In this document: positions 19,142 through 27,876 of the stretch, in pieces
How the letters are laid out: every line of letters begins with the position of its first letter
Numbering within the stretch: position 1 is the stretch's first letter
Origin: Cytophagales bacterium
Lineage (GTDB): Bacteria; Bacteroidota; Bacteroidia; Cytophagales; VRUD01
Direction of reading: 5' to 3'
DNA length: 64,000 bases
NCBI GenBank assembly: GCA_019456305.1
Contig: VRUD01000008.1
Coordinates: forward strand, 11,222 to 75,221
The notes under the pieces: model-generated
Told to the model about the DNA's origin: nothing
Seen by the model: only the letters and a program-made list of their open reading frames with translations
Database searches by the model: none
Program-made: the position numbers and the translations under genes

Positions 19142-19888
19142 ATGCTTGAAATTAATAATGTATCCAAATCTTTTAATGGCGTACAGGTACTAAAAGATAT
19201 CAGCGGGAAGTTTGAGCAGGGGAAGATAAACCTGATCATTGGCGCCAGCGGTACGGGTAAAACTGTTCTACTTAAATGTGTAGTAGGACTTGAAAAACCT
19301 GATGAAGGTAGTATTTTGTATGATGGAAGAGATTTTACAGGCGGTTCACGCGAATTAATAAAAGAAATAAGAAGAGATATCGGTATGCTTTTCCAGGGTT
19401 CTGCTCTGTTCGATTCAAAAAATGTTGAACAGAATGTGATGTTCCCGCTCGATACACTTACCAATACAGCCAAAGAAGAAAAGCTTGAAAGAGTAAACTT
19501 CTGCCTTACCAGGGTGGGCCTGGAAAATGTAAATAAGCTTATGCCTGCAGAGCTCAGTGGCGGTATGAAAAAAAGAGTGGGAATTGCCCGGGCTATTGCA
19601 ATGAACTCAAAATACCTGTTCTGTGATGAACCAAACTCGGGCCTCGACCCCCAGACTGCCTTAAAAATTGATAACCTGATCAAGGAGATCACCGAAGAAT
19701 TTAATATCACAACCATCGTAGTAACCCACGACATGAACTCTGTGCTGGAGATAGGAGAATACGTAATGTTCATGTACGAAGGCGAAAAGCTCTGGGAAGG
19801 ACACAATAAGGATATAATGAAGGTGGATGTGAAAGAGTTAAGGGAGTTTCTTTTTGCGAATAAGTTGGTTAGGGAGCTTAAAACTTAA
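19142..19888 (+). CDS. mlaF: MlaF-family ABC ATP-binding protein
   Basis: GASGTGKT, FQGSALFDS, LSGGMKKRV, CDEPNSGLDP; start at ATG 19142. Confidence 0.88.
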   Translation: MLEINNVSKSFNGVQVLKDISGKFEQGKINLIIGASGTGKTVLLKCVVGLEKPDEGSILYDGRDFTGGSRELIKEIRRDIGMLFQGSALFDSKNVEQNVMFPLDTLTNTAKEEKLERVNFCLTRVGLENVNKLMPAELSGGMKKRVGIARAIAMNSKYLFCDEPNSGLDPQTALKIDNLIKEITEEFNITTIVVTHDMNSVLEIGEYVMFMYEGEKLWEGHNKDIMKVDVKELREFLFANKLVRELKT

Positions 19889-19955
19889 GGTTTAGGGCTC
19901 TTGGCTTCATACCCAAAATTCAGTACATTCAAAGTGTTTGTGCTTAAAATAAAAA

Positions 19956-20013
19956 AGTTGGTCCCGAGTACTCGGGAGCAGTTGGCAAAGCGTGTACTTG
20001 CCAACTGCCAACT
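19956..20013. repeat. CAGTTGG inverted arms with nested TCCCGAGTACTCGGGA
   Basis: agttgg-tcccgagtactcggga-gcagttggcaa...ttgccaactgccaact. Confidence 0.8.
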
Positions 20014-20089
20014 TAATACGACATTTTATTTTAAATGACAATTCAAATAAAAACACTTATCTTTGACACACCAATAAAACTCAAACATC

Positions 20090-20320
20090 ATGGAAGCAAT
20101 CATCAGAACAAACGACAAAAGCATTTTTAATCCTCTTGTACGATTTTTAAAATCCTTGCATATTGAGGTTGAAACCAAAACCATTAAAAAAAAACCAAAA
20201 ACAACATTGGCGGATTTAACCGCAGTGTCTTTGAAGGAAATTTCCAGTTTATCCGAAGAGAAATTTTCCACTATATGGGATAACGAACCAGACGCAGTAT
20301 ATGACCGCTTCCTTAAGTAA
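20090..20320 (+). CDS. Putative antitoxin (orphaned)
   Basis: 76 aa with acidic WDNEPDAVYD tail; overlaps a toxin-like start; TATCTTTG upstream. Confidence 0.55.
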   Translation: MEAIIRTNDKSIFNPLVRFLKSLHIEVETKTIKKKPKTTLADLTAVSLKEISSLSEEKFSTIWDNEPDAVYDRFLK

Positions 20321-20348
20321 ATATGATATAGTGGTTGTAATTCAATAA
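20301..20348 (+). pseudogene. Possible truncated PemK/MazF toxin start
   Basis: MTASLSKYDIVVV then stop; resembles the N-terminal DIVVV strand of PemK-family toxins. Confidence 0.4.
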
Positions 20349-20359
20349 ATCTTTTTGCC

Positions 20360-21979
20360 ATGAAAAAACTAATTCTAACTACTTGCATCCTTGCAGCTTG
20401 TGCAACAAGCTATGCCCAATCCCCCACCATCTCCTCCTTCACCCCTTCAACCGGTGCAGTTGGCACATTGGTAACAATTACCGGTACTAATCTAAGCAGC
20501 CCCACCGCTTTGACCATTGGTGGCGATACTGCAATTGTAGTATCTTCTACCGCAGACACGTTAGTTGGCCTGGTAATGCCCGGCTCTGTTACCGGCACTG
20601 TATCTGTTACCACAGCAGGAGGCACAGCAATAAGTGTTACTAATTTTACCGTTACACCAACACCTTACCCAAGTATCCAGCAGGGAAGTAAATTGGTCGG
20701 CACAGGGGCTGTGGGCGCTACCGTTCAACAAGGTCGCTCTGTTTCCATTTCATCCGATGGGAATACGGCTATCGTGGGAGGATGGCTTGATAATTCCAAT
20801 GCAGGAGCCGCATGGGTTTATACCCGCTCCGGCGGTGTGTGGACACAGCAGGGAAGTAAATTAGTCGGCACGGGGGCTGTGGGCGCTGCACAACAAGGCA
20901 CCTCTGTTTCCATTTCATCCGATGGGAATACGGCTATCGTGGGAGGATATGGGGATAATTCCGCTATAGGAGCAGCATGGGTTTATACCCGCTCCGGCGG
21001 AGTGTGGACACAGCAAGGAAGTAAATTGACCGGCACAGGGGCTGTGGGTGCAGCATGGCAAGGCGTCTCTGTTTCCATTTCATCTGATGGGAATACGGCA
21101 ATCGTGGGTGGATATTTAGATAATTCCAATGCAGGAGCAGCATGGGTTTATACCCGCACCGGCGGAGTATGGACACAGCAGGGAAGTAAATTGGTCGGCA
21201 CGGGGGCTGTGGGCGCTGCATATCAAGGTCGCTCTGTTTCCATTTCATCCGATGGGAATACGGCTATCGTGGGTGGAGTTAGTGATAATGTCAGTGCAGG
21301 AGCAGCATGGGTATTTACCCGCTCCGGCGGAGTGTGGACGCAGCAGGGAAGTAAATTGGTTGGCACAGGGGCTGTGGGCACTGCACGTCAAGGTCAATCT
21401 GTTTCCATTTCATCCGATGGGAATACGGCTATCGTGGGAGGAGATTTTGATAATAGCGATGCAGGAGCAGCCTGGGTTTATAGCGTCTGCATTGTTACAA
21501 ACACTCCAAATATCGCGCAAAGTGGCAACACGCTCACATGCTTACCTGCCGCAGCCGATTATCAGTGGTACCTGGATAGTGTATTGATCAGTGGCGACAC
21601 GAATCAAACATACATCATCACCCAAAGTGGGAATTACACAGTAGCAGTCACAGATATCAACGGATGCAAAGCAACATCAAATACTTTCAATGCAATTTTT
21701 ACAGGAATTTCAGACCAATCAGGCAATTCAATAAGCATCAGTATTTATCCTAACCCCACTTCTAATGAGTTCACCATAGATATCGGCTTGTCAAAAACAG
21801 AGCGTGTGCAATTAAAGGTAACTGACATACTGGGGCAGCTTATTGCACATACTGACTTCGGCAAAACCTCCGGCATCATCAGCAAACAAATAGATTTGCC
21901 GGGCAGCAAGGAAGGCGTGTATTACATACAGGTTATCACCGATGGTGGAACTTTTGTGCAAAAGGTAGTGGTGGAGTAG
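20360..21979 (+). CDS. T9SS-secreted protein: IPT/TIG domain, five FG-GAP-like propeller repeats, CTD
   Basis: PTISSFTP..G..VTITGTNL; 5x QQGSKLVGTGAVG...SVSISSDGNTAIVGG; IYPNP CTD. Confidence 0.85.
   Translation: MKKLILTTCILAACATSYAQSPTISSFTPSTGAVGTLVTITGTNLSSPTALTIGGDTAIVVSSTADTLVGLVMPGSVTGTVSVTTAGGTAISVTNFTVTPTPYPSIQQGSKLVGTGAVGATVQQGRSVSISSDGNTAIVGGWLDNSNAGAAWVYTRSGGVWTQQGSKLVGTGAVGAAQQGTSVSISSDGNTAIVGGYGDNSAIGAAWVYTRSGGVWTQQGSKLTGTGAVGAAWQGVSVSISSDGNTAIVGGYLDNSNAGAAWVYTRTGGVWTQQGSKLVGTGAVGAAYQGRSVSISSDGNTAIVGGVSDNVSAGAAWVFTRSGGVWTQQGSKLVGTGAVGTARQGQSVSISSDGNTAIVGGDFDNSDAGAAWVYSVCIVTNTPNIAQSGNTLTCLPAAADYQWYLDSVLISGDTNQTYIITQSGNYTVAVTDINGCKATSNTFNAIFTGISDQSGNSISISIYPNPTSNEFTIDIGLSKTERVQLKVTDILGQLIAHTDFGKTSGIISKQIDLPGSKEGVYYIQVITDGGTFVQKVVVE
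20678..21480 (+). repeat. Five 165-168 bp intragenic repeats
   Basis: CAGCA(G/A)GGAAGTAAATT at 20678, 20846, 21011, 21176, 21341. Confidence 0.9.
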
Positions 21980-22011
21980 TTGTGGGAAGAACCACCCTTA
22001 ACATACCTCTT

Positions 22012-22066
22012 GCGTATGTGGTAGAGCGTATGTGGTAGAGACGCCCAATTTGGTCGTCCCTACCAC
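22012..22066. repeat. GTAG-type REP with a duplicated 14-bp left flank
   Basis: GCGTATGTGGTAGA x2, then GACGCCCAATTTGGTCGTCCCTACCAC. Confidence 0.8.
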
Positions 22067-22148
22067 TTTTAAAATATATAAATTATGTTAATGTAATATT
22101 TATTTATAATTATTATATTTGAATTTTCTTAATATTACAGAATAAATT

Positions 22149-22379
22149 ATGGATATAAAAGCTGAAAAAATAGAGTTAATTGGATTATTATTAAATACAG
22201 AAAATTTCTCCATTTTATCTAAAATAAAAAAAATTTTTGAGCTGGAGAAAGAGGATGACTTTTGTAATAACTTAACAGACGTACAAATAGCTTCAATAGA
22301 GCGAGGATTGTCTCAAATTGAACAAGGTAAAGTAATATCACATAAAGAAGTAAGGAAGATTTACGAGAAATGGCTTTAG
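22149..22379 (+). CDS. Type II antitoxin
   Basis: MDIKAEKIELI...SIERGLSQIEQGKVISHKEV; overlaps the downstream toxin. Confidence 0.8.
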   Translation: MDIKAEKIELIGLLLNTENFSILSKIKKIFELEKEDDFCNNLTDVQIASIERGLSQIEQGKVISHKEVRKIYEKWL

Positions 22380-22678
22380 AAGTAATATGGTCGTTGGAAG
22401 CAGAATGGAACCTACGGAACATTATTAATTATTTAACAGAAGAATGGACTGAAAAAGAGATCAGGAATTTTGCAGTAAGATTAGAGAAAAAATTAAGCAT
22501 ACTTGTAGAAAATCCAAGACTTTGTAGAAAATCAGAAAGGTTAAAAGGAACTCGTGAATGTTTTTTAGGGAAATATAATACGCTGTTTTACACTCACGAT
22601 AATAAGAATTTGAATATAATAACTATTTGGGATAACAGGCAGGATCCGGAGAAGTTAAAAAATATTTTCATTAATTAA
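22370..22678 (+). CDS. RelE/ParE family toxin
   Basis: VIWSLEA..L..I..YL..EW, C-terminal ITIWDNRQDP. Confidence 0.85.
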   Translation: MALEVIWSLEAEWNLRNIINYLTEEWTEKEIRNFAVRLEKKLSILVENPRLCRKSERLKGTRECFLGKYNTLFYTHDNKNLNIITIWDNRQDPEKLKNIFIN

Positions 22679-22736
22679 TTTTCTATTCTGTTGTTAAGGT
22701 AAATTGTTTCATATAACAATTCAGCAATTTAACCCT

Positions 22737-24428
22737 TCAACCACTTGATTTTATCTTCTCCTCCACCACCTCCAAAATCTCATCTTCCAGCTTCTTGGTT
22801 TTCTCTACAATTTCGCCCCCCTTTTTCAATTTATCTTCCGCAAAAGCTTTGTCAGCCAAACCCGCAGCATTGATCTTTACATTCAAATAAGCTCCCATGA
22901 CTGCACTTCGTGCACAAAGGGCCCCTACCCCGGCATCTGAAACTGAATTAGGGTTGCCTGTCTCTGCCATCGCCTTAATTACTTCCATAGAATTAAGTGC
23001 CAATTGCATCACTTTAAAAGGTACCTCTATGGCATCTTTGGTTGCATTCTGAATAGCAATGTCACGCGCTTTTTTTTCTTTATCCGAAGACTTTGGCAAT
23101 ACAAAAGCATCCATTATTTTGTTAAAGGCATGGGTATCTTCATCTACCATTTTCAATAATTCATCCTTAATCTTTTGCCCTTTGGCTGCCCAGTCAGAAA
23201 ATTCTTCCCACCTTTCATCCCAGCCCCTTTTGTGTGAAGAAAGGTTGGCAACCATGGTAGCAAGGGAAATACCCAATACACCGGCATACGCTGCGATAGA
23301 GCCTCCACCGGGAGCCGGAGATTCGGAAGCTGTCTCATCGGCAAATGCCCTTAAATTCATCTTTACTAAAGGGCTGCTGTTTTCATTTTCTATCATATAT
23401 TCAATGATCTTTTTGCGAGGATCAAAAGGTTTCAGATCATCCAGGCCCAAAGATTTTACTGCGATTTTAATGAGCTCTTCTTCTGAAACGCCAATTGACC
23501 GTTTTTGTTTTTTCAAAAAATACTTACCGGCATCAAGCATTGCTTTTAGCGGTACAAGGCCAACCAATTCTGAACCTGTAACACGTATGCCTCTCTCATT
23601 TGCTTTTTTGCAAACCTCATCAAATGCAACGTGGATAGGTGTAATACTGATATTGGTAAGATTCATGGAGATCTGTGCTATTCCGTACTCTTCAATGTAC
23701 CAGCCAATGCCTTTTACACACTTTAATGAGCCGGGTATTCTTACAGGATTTCCGTCTTTGTCTTTTTTAATTTCTCCCGTAACAGGATTACCTGTCCGCA
23801 CTATACGGCCTTGTTCACGCACATCAAATACGATGGCGTTTGCCCTGCGAACCGAGGTAGTATTAAGGTTTATATTATAGGCAACCAAAAAATCACGGGC
23901 GCTAATAGCCGTAGCGCCTGACCGGGCATTAAATTTTGCAGGCCCAAAGTCAGGTTTCCATTTAGGATCCCGAAGCTTTTTAGCAAGTCCTTCATATTCA
24001 CCGGCACGCACAGTAGCAAGATTCTTACGCTCCGGTTTCAGCGCTGCTGATTCATAAAGATAGATTGGTATGCCCAACTCCTTCCCTACCCTTTCTCCCA
24101 ACTTGCGGGCATATTTCACAGTCTCTTCCATAGAAATATTGGAAATAGGAACCATTGGACATACATCGGTAGCCCCGAAACGCGGATGCTCGCCCTTGTG
24201 CTTTGACATATCTATCAGCTCACTTGCTTTTTTTATGGCAAGTAAAGCAGCTTCAATAACAGGATCAGGTTCTCCAACAATAGTAACTACCGTGCGGTTT
24301 GTTGCCAGCCCCGGATCAACATCAAGCAAGCGCACTCCATCAACAGATTCGATCTGATCTGTGATCTGTTTGATCACATTGAGGTCTCTTCCTTCAGAGA
24401 AATTTGGGACGCATTCTATAAGTTGCAT
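22737..24428 (-). CDS. ftcD: Glutamate formimidoyltransferase / formiminotetrahydrofolate cyclodeaminase
   Basis: IECVPNFSEGR, HPRFGATDVCP, PAPGGGS, NSVSDAGVG. Confidence 0.95.
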   Translation of the reverse strand: MQLIECVPNFSEGRDLNVIKQITDQIESVDGVRLLDVDPGLATNRTVVTIVGEPDPVIEAALLAIKKASELIDMSKHKGEHPRFGATDVCPMVPISNISMEETVKYARKLGERVGKELGIPIYLYESAALKPERKNLATVRAGEYEGLAKKLRDPKWKPDFGPAKFNARSGATAISARDFLVAYNINLNTTSVRRANAIVFDVREQGRIVRTGNPVTGEIKKDKDGNPVRIPGSLKCVKGIGWYIEEYGIAQISMNLTNISITPIHVAFDEVCKKANERGIRVTGSELVGLVPLKAMLDAGKYFLKKQKRSIGVSEEELIKIAVKSLGLDDLKPFDPRKKIIEYMIENENSSPLVKMNLRAFADETASESPAPGGGSIAAYAGVLGISLATMVANLSSHKRGWDERWEEFSDWAAKGQKIKDELLKMVDEDTHAFNKIMDAFVLPKSSDKEKKARDIAIQNATKDAIEVPFKVMQLALNSMEVIKAMAETGNPNSVSDAGVGALCARSAVMGAYLNVKINAAGLADKAFAEDKLKKGGEIVEKTKKLEDEILEVVEEKIKSSG

Positions 24429-24446
24429 TTATATTTAGGATTTTTT

Positions 24447-24511
24447 TTGCCACTAAAACTCAAAATCTCTAAATTCCACTAAATTATTCTAAAAAAACTT
24501 TTTGTGGCAAA
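24447..24511. repeat. GCCAC...GTGGC inverted element with CTAAA short repeats
   Basis: ttgccactaaaactcaaaatctctaaattccactaaa...tttgtggcaaaa; related to the inner element at 42830-42917. Confidence 0.6.
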
Positions 24512-24568
24512 ATTACGATTTACGATTAAAGTAGATTAAAAGTTTTTAATTTTAATTAAATTACTCTA

Positions 24569-25828
24569 TTATGTTCTTATTTCTCCATCAACTATCACCG
24601 TCTCAATCAAACTACTCCCAAAAGCATAAGGCAAAAAAGCATAAGAAGGCATTTCCCTTGTAATAAATACATTGGCTGCCTTGCCTTTTGCTATACTTCC
24701 ATGCGATTTTTCAAGACCCAAAGCATACGCTCCATTGATGGTTGCTGCATTTATGGCTTCCTCCGGTGTCATTTTTAACTTGATACAAGCCAGCGATAAA
24801 ATAAAAGGCATATTCCCCGAAGGTGAACTGCCGGGATTATAATCCGAAGCTAATGCAACAGGCAGTCCTGCATCGATCATTTTACGTGCAGGAGGATAGT
24901 TTAATCCCAGGAAAAAGGCTGTCCCGGGCAATAAGGTGGGCATCGTTTCAGAGTTTAGCAATAGTTCTATTTCCTCATCACCTGTATATTCAAGGTGGTC
25001 AACGCTCAAGGCATTATGAGCTACACCGCACTGAATACCACCTGAATAATCCAATTCATTGGCATGTATTTTCGGCTTTAGACCATATTTGAGCCCTTGT
25101 TCTAAAATACGGTCAGTTTCCTCAGGGGTGAAAAAACCCCGATCGCAAAAAACATCGCAATAATCTGCCAGTTTTTCTTCAGCCACTTTTGGGATCATTT
25201 TTTCAACGATCAAGTCAATATAGTCTTTTCTATCAGAATAAGATATTGGAATTGCATGAGCGCCCAGAAAGGTGGCTTTGATAGTAACGGGGCTCGTCTC
25301 TTTAAGTCTTTTGATCACCCGCAACATCTTTATTTCATCTTCCAGCGTTAAACCATAGCCGCTTTTGATCTCAACAGCTCCTGTACCCAAGCTCATGATT
25401 TCATTCACCCTTATTAAAGCACTTTCAAAAAGTTCATCTTCAGAAGTTTTCTGTAGTCTTTTTGCAGAATTAAGTATTCCCCCACCCTTTCTGGCTATTT
25501 CTTCGTAAGACAACCCATTGATCCTGTCTACAAATTCATCTTCTCTGCTTGTTGCATAAACAAGATGGGTATGAGAATCTACAAAACAAGGAAAGACAAA
25601 CTTACCGGCCGCATCAATTACAATTTTGGATTTCGGATTTCGTCCCGAGTACTCGGGATCGGATTTTAAGTCATCCATCTTACCAAAATCTTCTATCTTA
25701 TTATCTTTGATTACCAAATAAGCATTCTCAATGACATTAAGTTTTTTCATATCAGCGCCACCCAACCAGCTTACCGGCTTGTCTTCTACCTGGACTAAAC
25801 CCTTTATATTTTTAATTAATAGATTCAA
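24569..25828 (-). CDS. hutI: Imidazolonepropionase with a short repeat-derived insertion
   Basis: DSHTHLV, EIKSGYGL, FLGAHA, HANEL, SDYNPGS; start taken at TTG 25828. Confidence 0.93.
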   Translation of the reverse strand: MNLLIKNIKGLVQVEDKPVSWLGGADMKKLNVIENAYLVIKDNKIEDFGKMDDLKSDPEYSGRNPKSKIVIDAAGKFVFPCFVDSHTHLVYATSREDEFVDRINGLSYEEIARKGGGILNSAKRLQKTSEDELFESALIRVNEIMSLGTGAVEIKSGYGLTLEDEIKMLRVIKRLKETSPVTIKATFLGAHAIPISYSDRKDYIDLIVEKMIPKVAEEKLADYCDVFCDRGFFTPEETDRILEQGLKYGLKPKIHANELDYSGGIQCGVAHNALSVDHLEYTGDEEIELLLNSETMPTLLPGTAFFLGLNYPPARKMIDAGLPVALASDYNPGSSPSGNMPFILSLACIKLKMTPEEAINAATINGAYALGLEKSHGSIAKGKAANVFITREMPSYAFLPYAFGSSLIETVIVDGEIRT

Positions 25829-25836
25829 TTTATTAT

Positions 25837-26022
25837 ATAGGTAAGTTTTGCGTAATTGGTGCACACACTTTGGTTACTGAACGTATGAAAATACCTGATT
25901 ATTCACTGGTATTAGGCGCTCCTGCAAAAGTAGTAAAAAAATTAAGTCTGGAGCAAATTAAAAAGTTTAAAAAAAATGCGGAAGCGTATGTGCAATTAGG
26001 CAAAAAATACCTAAAATGTTGA
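25837..26022 (+). pseudogene. 5'-truncated gamma-carbonic-anhydrase (YrdA/CaiE-like) fragment
   Basis: Manual translation IGKFCVIGAHTLVTERMKIPDYSLVLGAPAKVVKKLS...NAEAYVQL; no start codon. Confidence 0.7.
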
Positions 26023-26241
26023 TATTTTCAAATGCTATATTTTAATCTAAGGGGATTATGTCAAAAAATGGACTTATATTCGTCCAAAAAACATAATCCC
26101 CAAATAAAAAGCCCTTTAGATAATATTTAAACTTGCGTTTTTTGTATAGCAAATAATAATATGATACAAAAAACGCATAAAATAGATTTGGCTATCAAGT
26201 AATTAATGTTTAGTATTGCTTGTATTTACAAGTTGGCGCAC

Positions 26242-26688
26242 ATGCAAAAAATGACGACAGACACGAACATTAAACTGGGCAATGTAACTAGACAATGCGA
26301 GTACCTCAAAACAAAAGGGGACGAAATCGCAAGGACTTCGAGTTGGGTTTTATGGTCTTGGGACAAGAGTGATTACTTTATGAAACTGCGGGACTACTGT
26401 AAATTTCACAAAGAAATAAAGGACTTTCTGACAACTCATTACACTGATAACGACCTAATATTAGTAAGAGTAAAACAGTTGCCAGACATTGACTTCAAGG
26501 ACTACTCAGGAGAACAAATGGGCTGGAGAACTGCGGTGACAGGAATACTGCTTTACATTTTCTTCCCATTAGCATACCTGTGGATGTATAGAGCAATCCG
26601 TTACATTAACAGGACAAGACAACAAATTTATCAAGCTGGTGGACTTTATTCGTCCATTGCTTTTTTACTTAAAGCACAGACAAATTGA
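26242..26688 (+). CDS. Hypothetical membrane protein, cassette 1
   Basis: ORF bounded by cassette ends; one TM segment; start at ATG 26242 or 26251. Confidence 0.65.
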   Translation: MQKMTTDTNIKLGNVTRQCEYLKTKGDEIARTSSWVLWSWDKSDYFMKLRDYCKFHKEIKDFLTTHYTDNDLILVRVKQLPDIDFKDYSGEQMGWRTAVTGILLYIFFPLAYLWMYRAIRYINRTRQQIYQAGGLYSSIAFLLKAQTN

Positions 26689-26710
26689 AAAAAGAAAATA
26701 AAAGCACGAT

Positions 26711-26974
26711 GCGCCAACAAAGTGCAAAAAATACAGGACTGACAGTGGTTTCCGTGAGTTCGTTGCTCTTTTGCAGCTTCGTTCTCGGTGGACAGGCACG
26801 TAGTTTTTAAGCCCTGCGATTTTTGCACAGACCGTCAGACTGTCTAAAAACTATCAAAAATTGTTAATTTGGCATTAAGGAGAAATAATAACTCATTGAA
26901 AACAAACAACATACAATTAATTAGTTTTGTAAAATAGTCGTAATTCACAGTTTTTAGACGGACTGCCGTTGTGT
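26711..26974 (+). other. attC-like site 1, interrupted by a MITE
   Basis: GCGCCAAC-AAAGTGCAAAAAA..CAGG ... CCTGCGATTTTTGCAC-AGACC[insertion]GTTGTGT. Confidence 0.7.
26836..26965. mobile_element. 130-bp MITE / IS remnant with 17-bp TIRs and 4-bp TSD CCGT
   Basis: CAGACTGTCTAAAAACT ... AGTTTTTAGACGGACTG (2 mismatches); CCGT at 26832-26835 and 26966-26969. Confidence 0.85.
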
Positions 26975-27061
26975 GTAATGCAACCAACGACCGTACGAAA
27001 TTCACAGACTTATAAGACTTATACATTTTTTTTGTAAATTTGCGGTCTAAACATAGCGACA

Positions 27062-27307
27062 ATGGACAATACATATATAAGTTTTGACGAACTCAAAAAA
27101 TTGTACCCTGACGAATGGGTACTTTTGGGAAATCCTGAAATGAAAAACACATCAGTTTTAGGTGGAGTAGTTTTATATCATAGCAAAGACAAAAAAGAAG
27201 TTTGCTATATCGGCAGAGATAAAACGGCAGACTTCTCAACTGTTACAATTGCTTTCACAGGCGACCTTAAACTACATCGGAATATCGGAATATTGAGAAG
27301 AATATGA
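27062..27307 (+). CDS. Small hypothetical protein, cassette 2 (YPDEWVL motif, DUF5678-like)
   Basis: ELKKLYPDEWVLL..P, G.VLYHSKDK; ATGA overlap with the next gene. Confidence 0.65.
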   Translation: MDNTYISFDELKKLYPDEWVLLGNPEMKNTSVLGGVVLYHSKDKKEVCYIGRDKTADFSTVTIAFTGDLKLHRNIGILRRI

Positions 27308-27699
27308 AAATTTTCACCTTCGACCTTCAGACAGAAGAAGACGTTATTATCCTAAACGCATCTATTGAAGGAAAGTACAAATTTAGACTTGCTCTTGACA
27401 CAGCAGCAACACATACAACTATTGACAGTAACGTTTTATATTTTTCGGGTTACGAAATGGAAAATAGCAAAGGAGAACAAGAAATTGAAACATCAAATGG
27501 AATTATTGTTGTTGAAACTTATGACATTGATCGGTTAGAATGTTTAGGAATTACCATGACTAATTTTGAAGTTCAAGTTTATGATTTTTTAGCTCACGGC
27601 ATCACTTCTGACTATGACGGTGTAATTGGGCTAAACTTTTTAAGAGAACACAAATTCTGCATTGACATTGCAAAAGGTGAGATAAGCGTTGACACATGA
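27304..27699 (+). CDS. Retropepsin-like (clan AA) aspartic protease
   Basis: LALDTAATHT catalytic motif and DGVIGLNFL. Confidence 0.85.
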   Translation: MKIFTFDLQTEEDVIILNASIEGKYKFRLALDTAATHTTIDSNVLYFSGYEMENSKGEQEIETSNGIIVVETYDIDRLECLGITMTNFEVQVYDFLAHGITSDYDGVIGLNFLREHKFCIDIAKGEISVDT

Positions 27700-27721
27700 C
27701 CAGCGTGACGAAAATGCACTA

Positions 27722-27852
27722 CACACAACACGGGGCTTGCGTAAGCGGGGTTAACGAGCAATTTGAAAGTTTGTGCAAGTAATTATCTTTGCAGCGGGGG
27801 ATAAGTAAGTGGTTTCAAAACCCCGCCTACGCAAGCCCCGAAACCGTTATGT
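27722..27852 (+). other. attC-like site 2
   Basis: CACACAAC-ACGGGGCTTGCGTAAGCGGGGTT ... AACCCCGCCTACGCAAGCCCCG-AAACC-GTTATGT. Confidence 0.78.
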
Positions 27853-27876
27853 TAATATTAAATACCCAACACCCGT

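Larger units (their letters stand above)
26232..27852 (+). mobile_element. Two-cassette integron-like array without integrase (CALIN-like)
   Basis: GTTGGCGC (26232) pairs with GCGCCAAC (26711); GTTGTGTGTAATGCA (26968) pairs with TGCACTACACACAAC (27715); long imperfect attC-like hairpins. Confidence 0.75.

Noticed and set aside
20678..21480. Intragenic repeats as DGR or CRISPR-like units
   Set aside because: In-frame domain repeats with ordinary mixed substitutions.
23059..23880. Long antisense ORFs opposite ftcD, mlaF (19054-19806) and meaB (34818-35483)
   Set aside because: Antisense shadows of well-conserved genes with no recognisable motifs.
26022..26232. Complete integron (intI/attI)
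   Set aside because: No tyrosine recombinase ORF; attI cannot be recognised from sequence alone.
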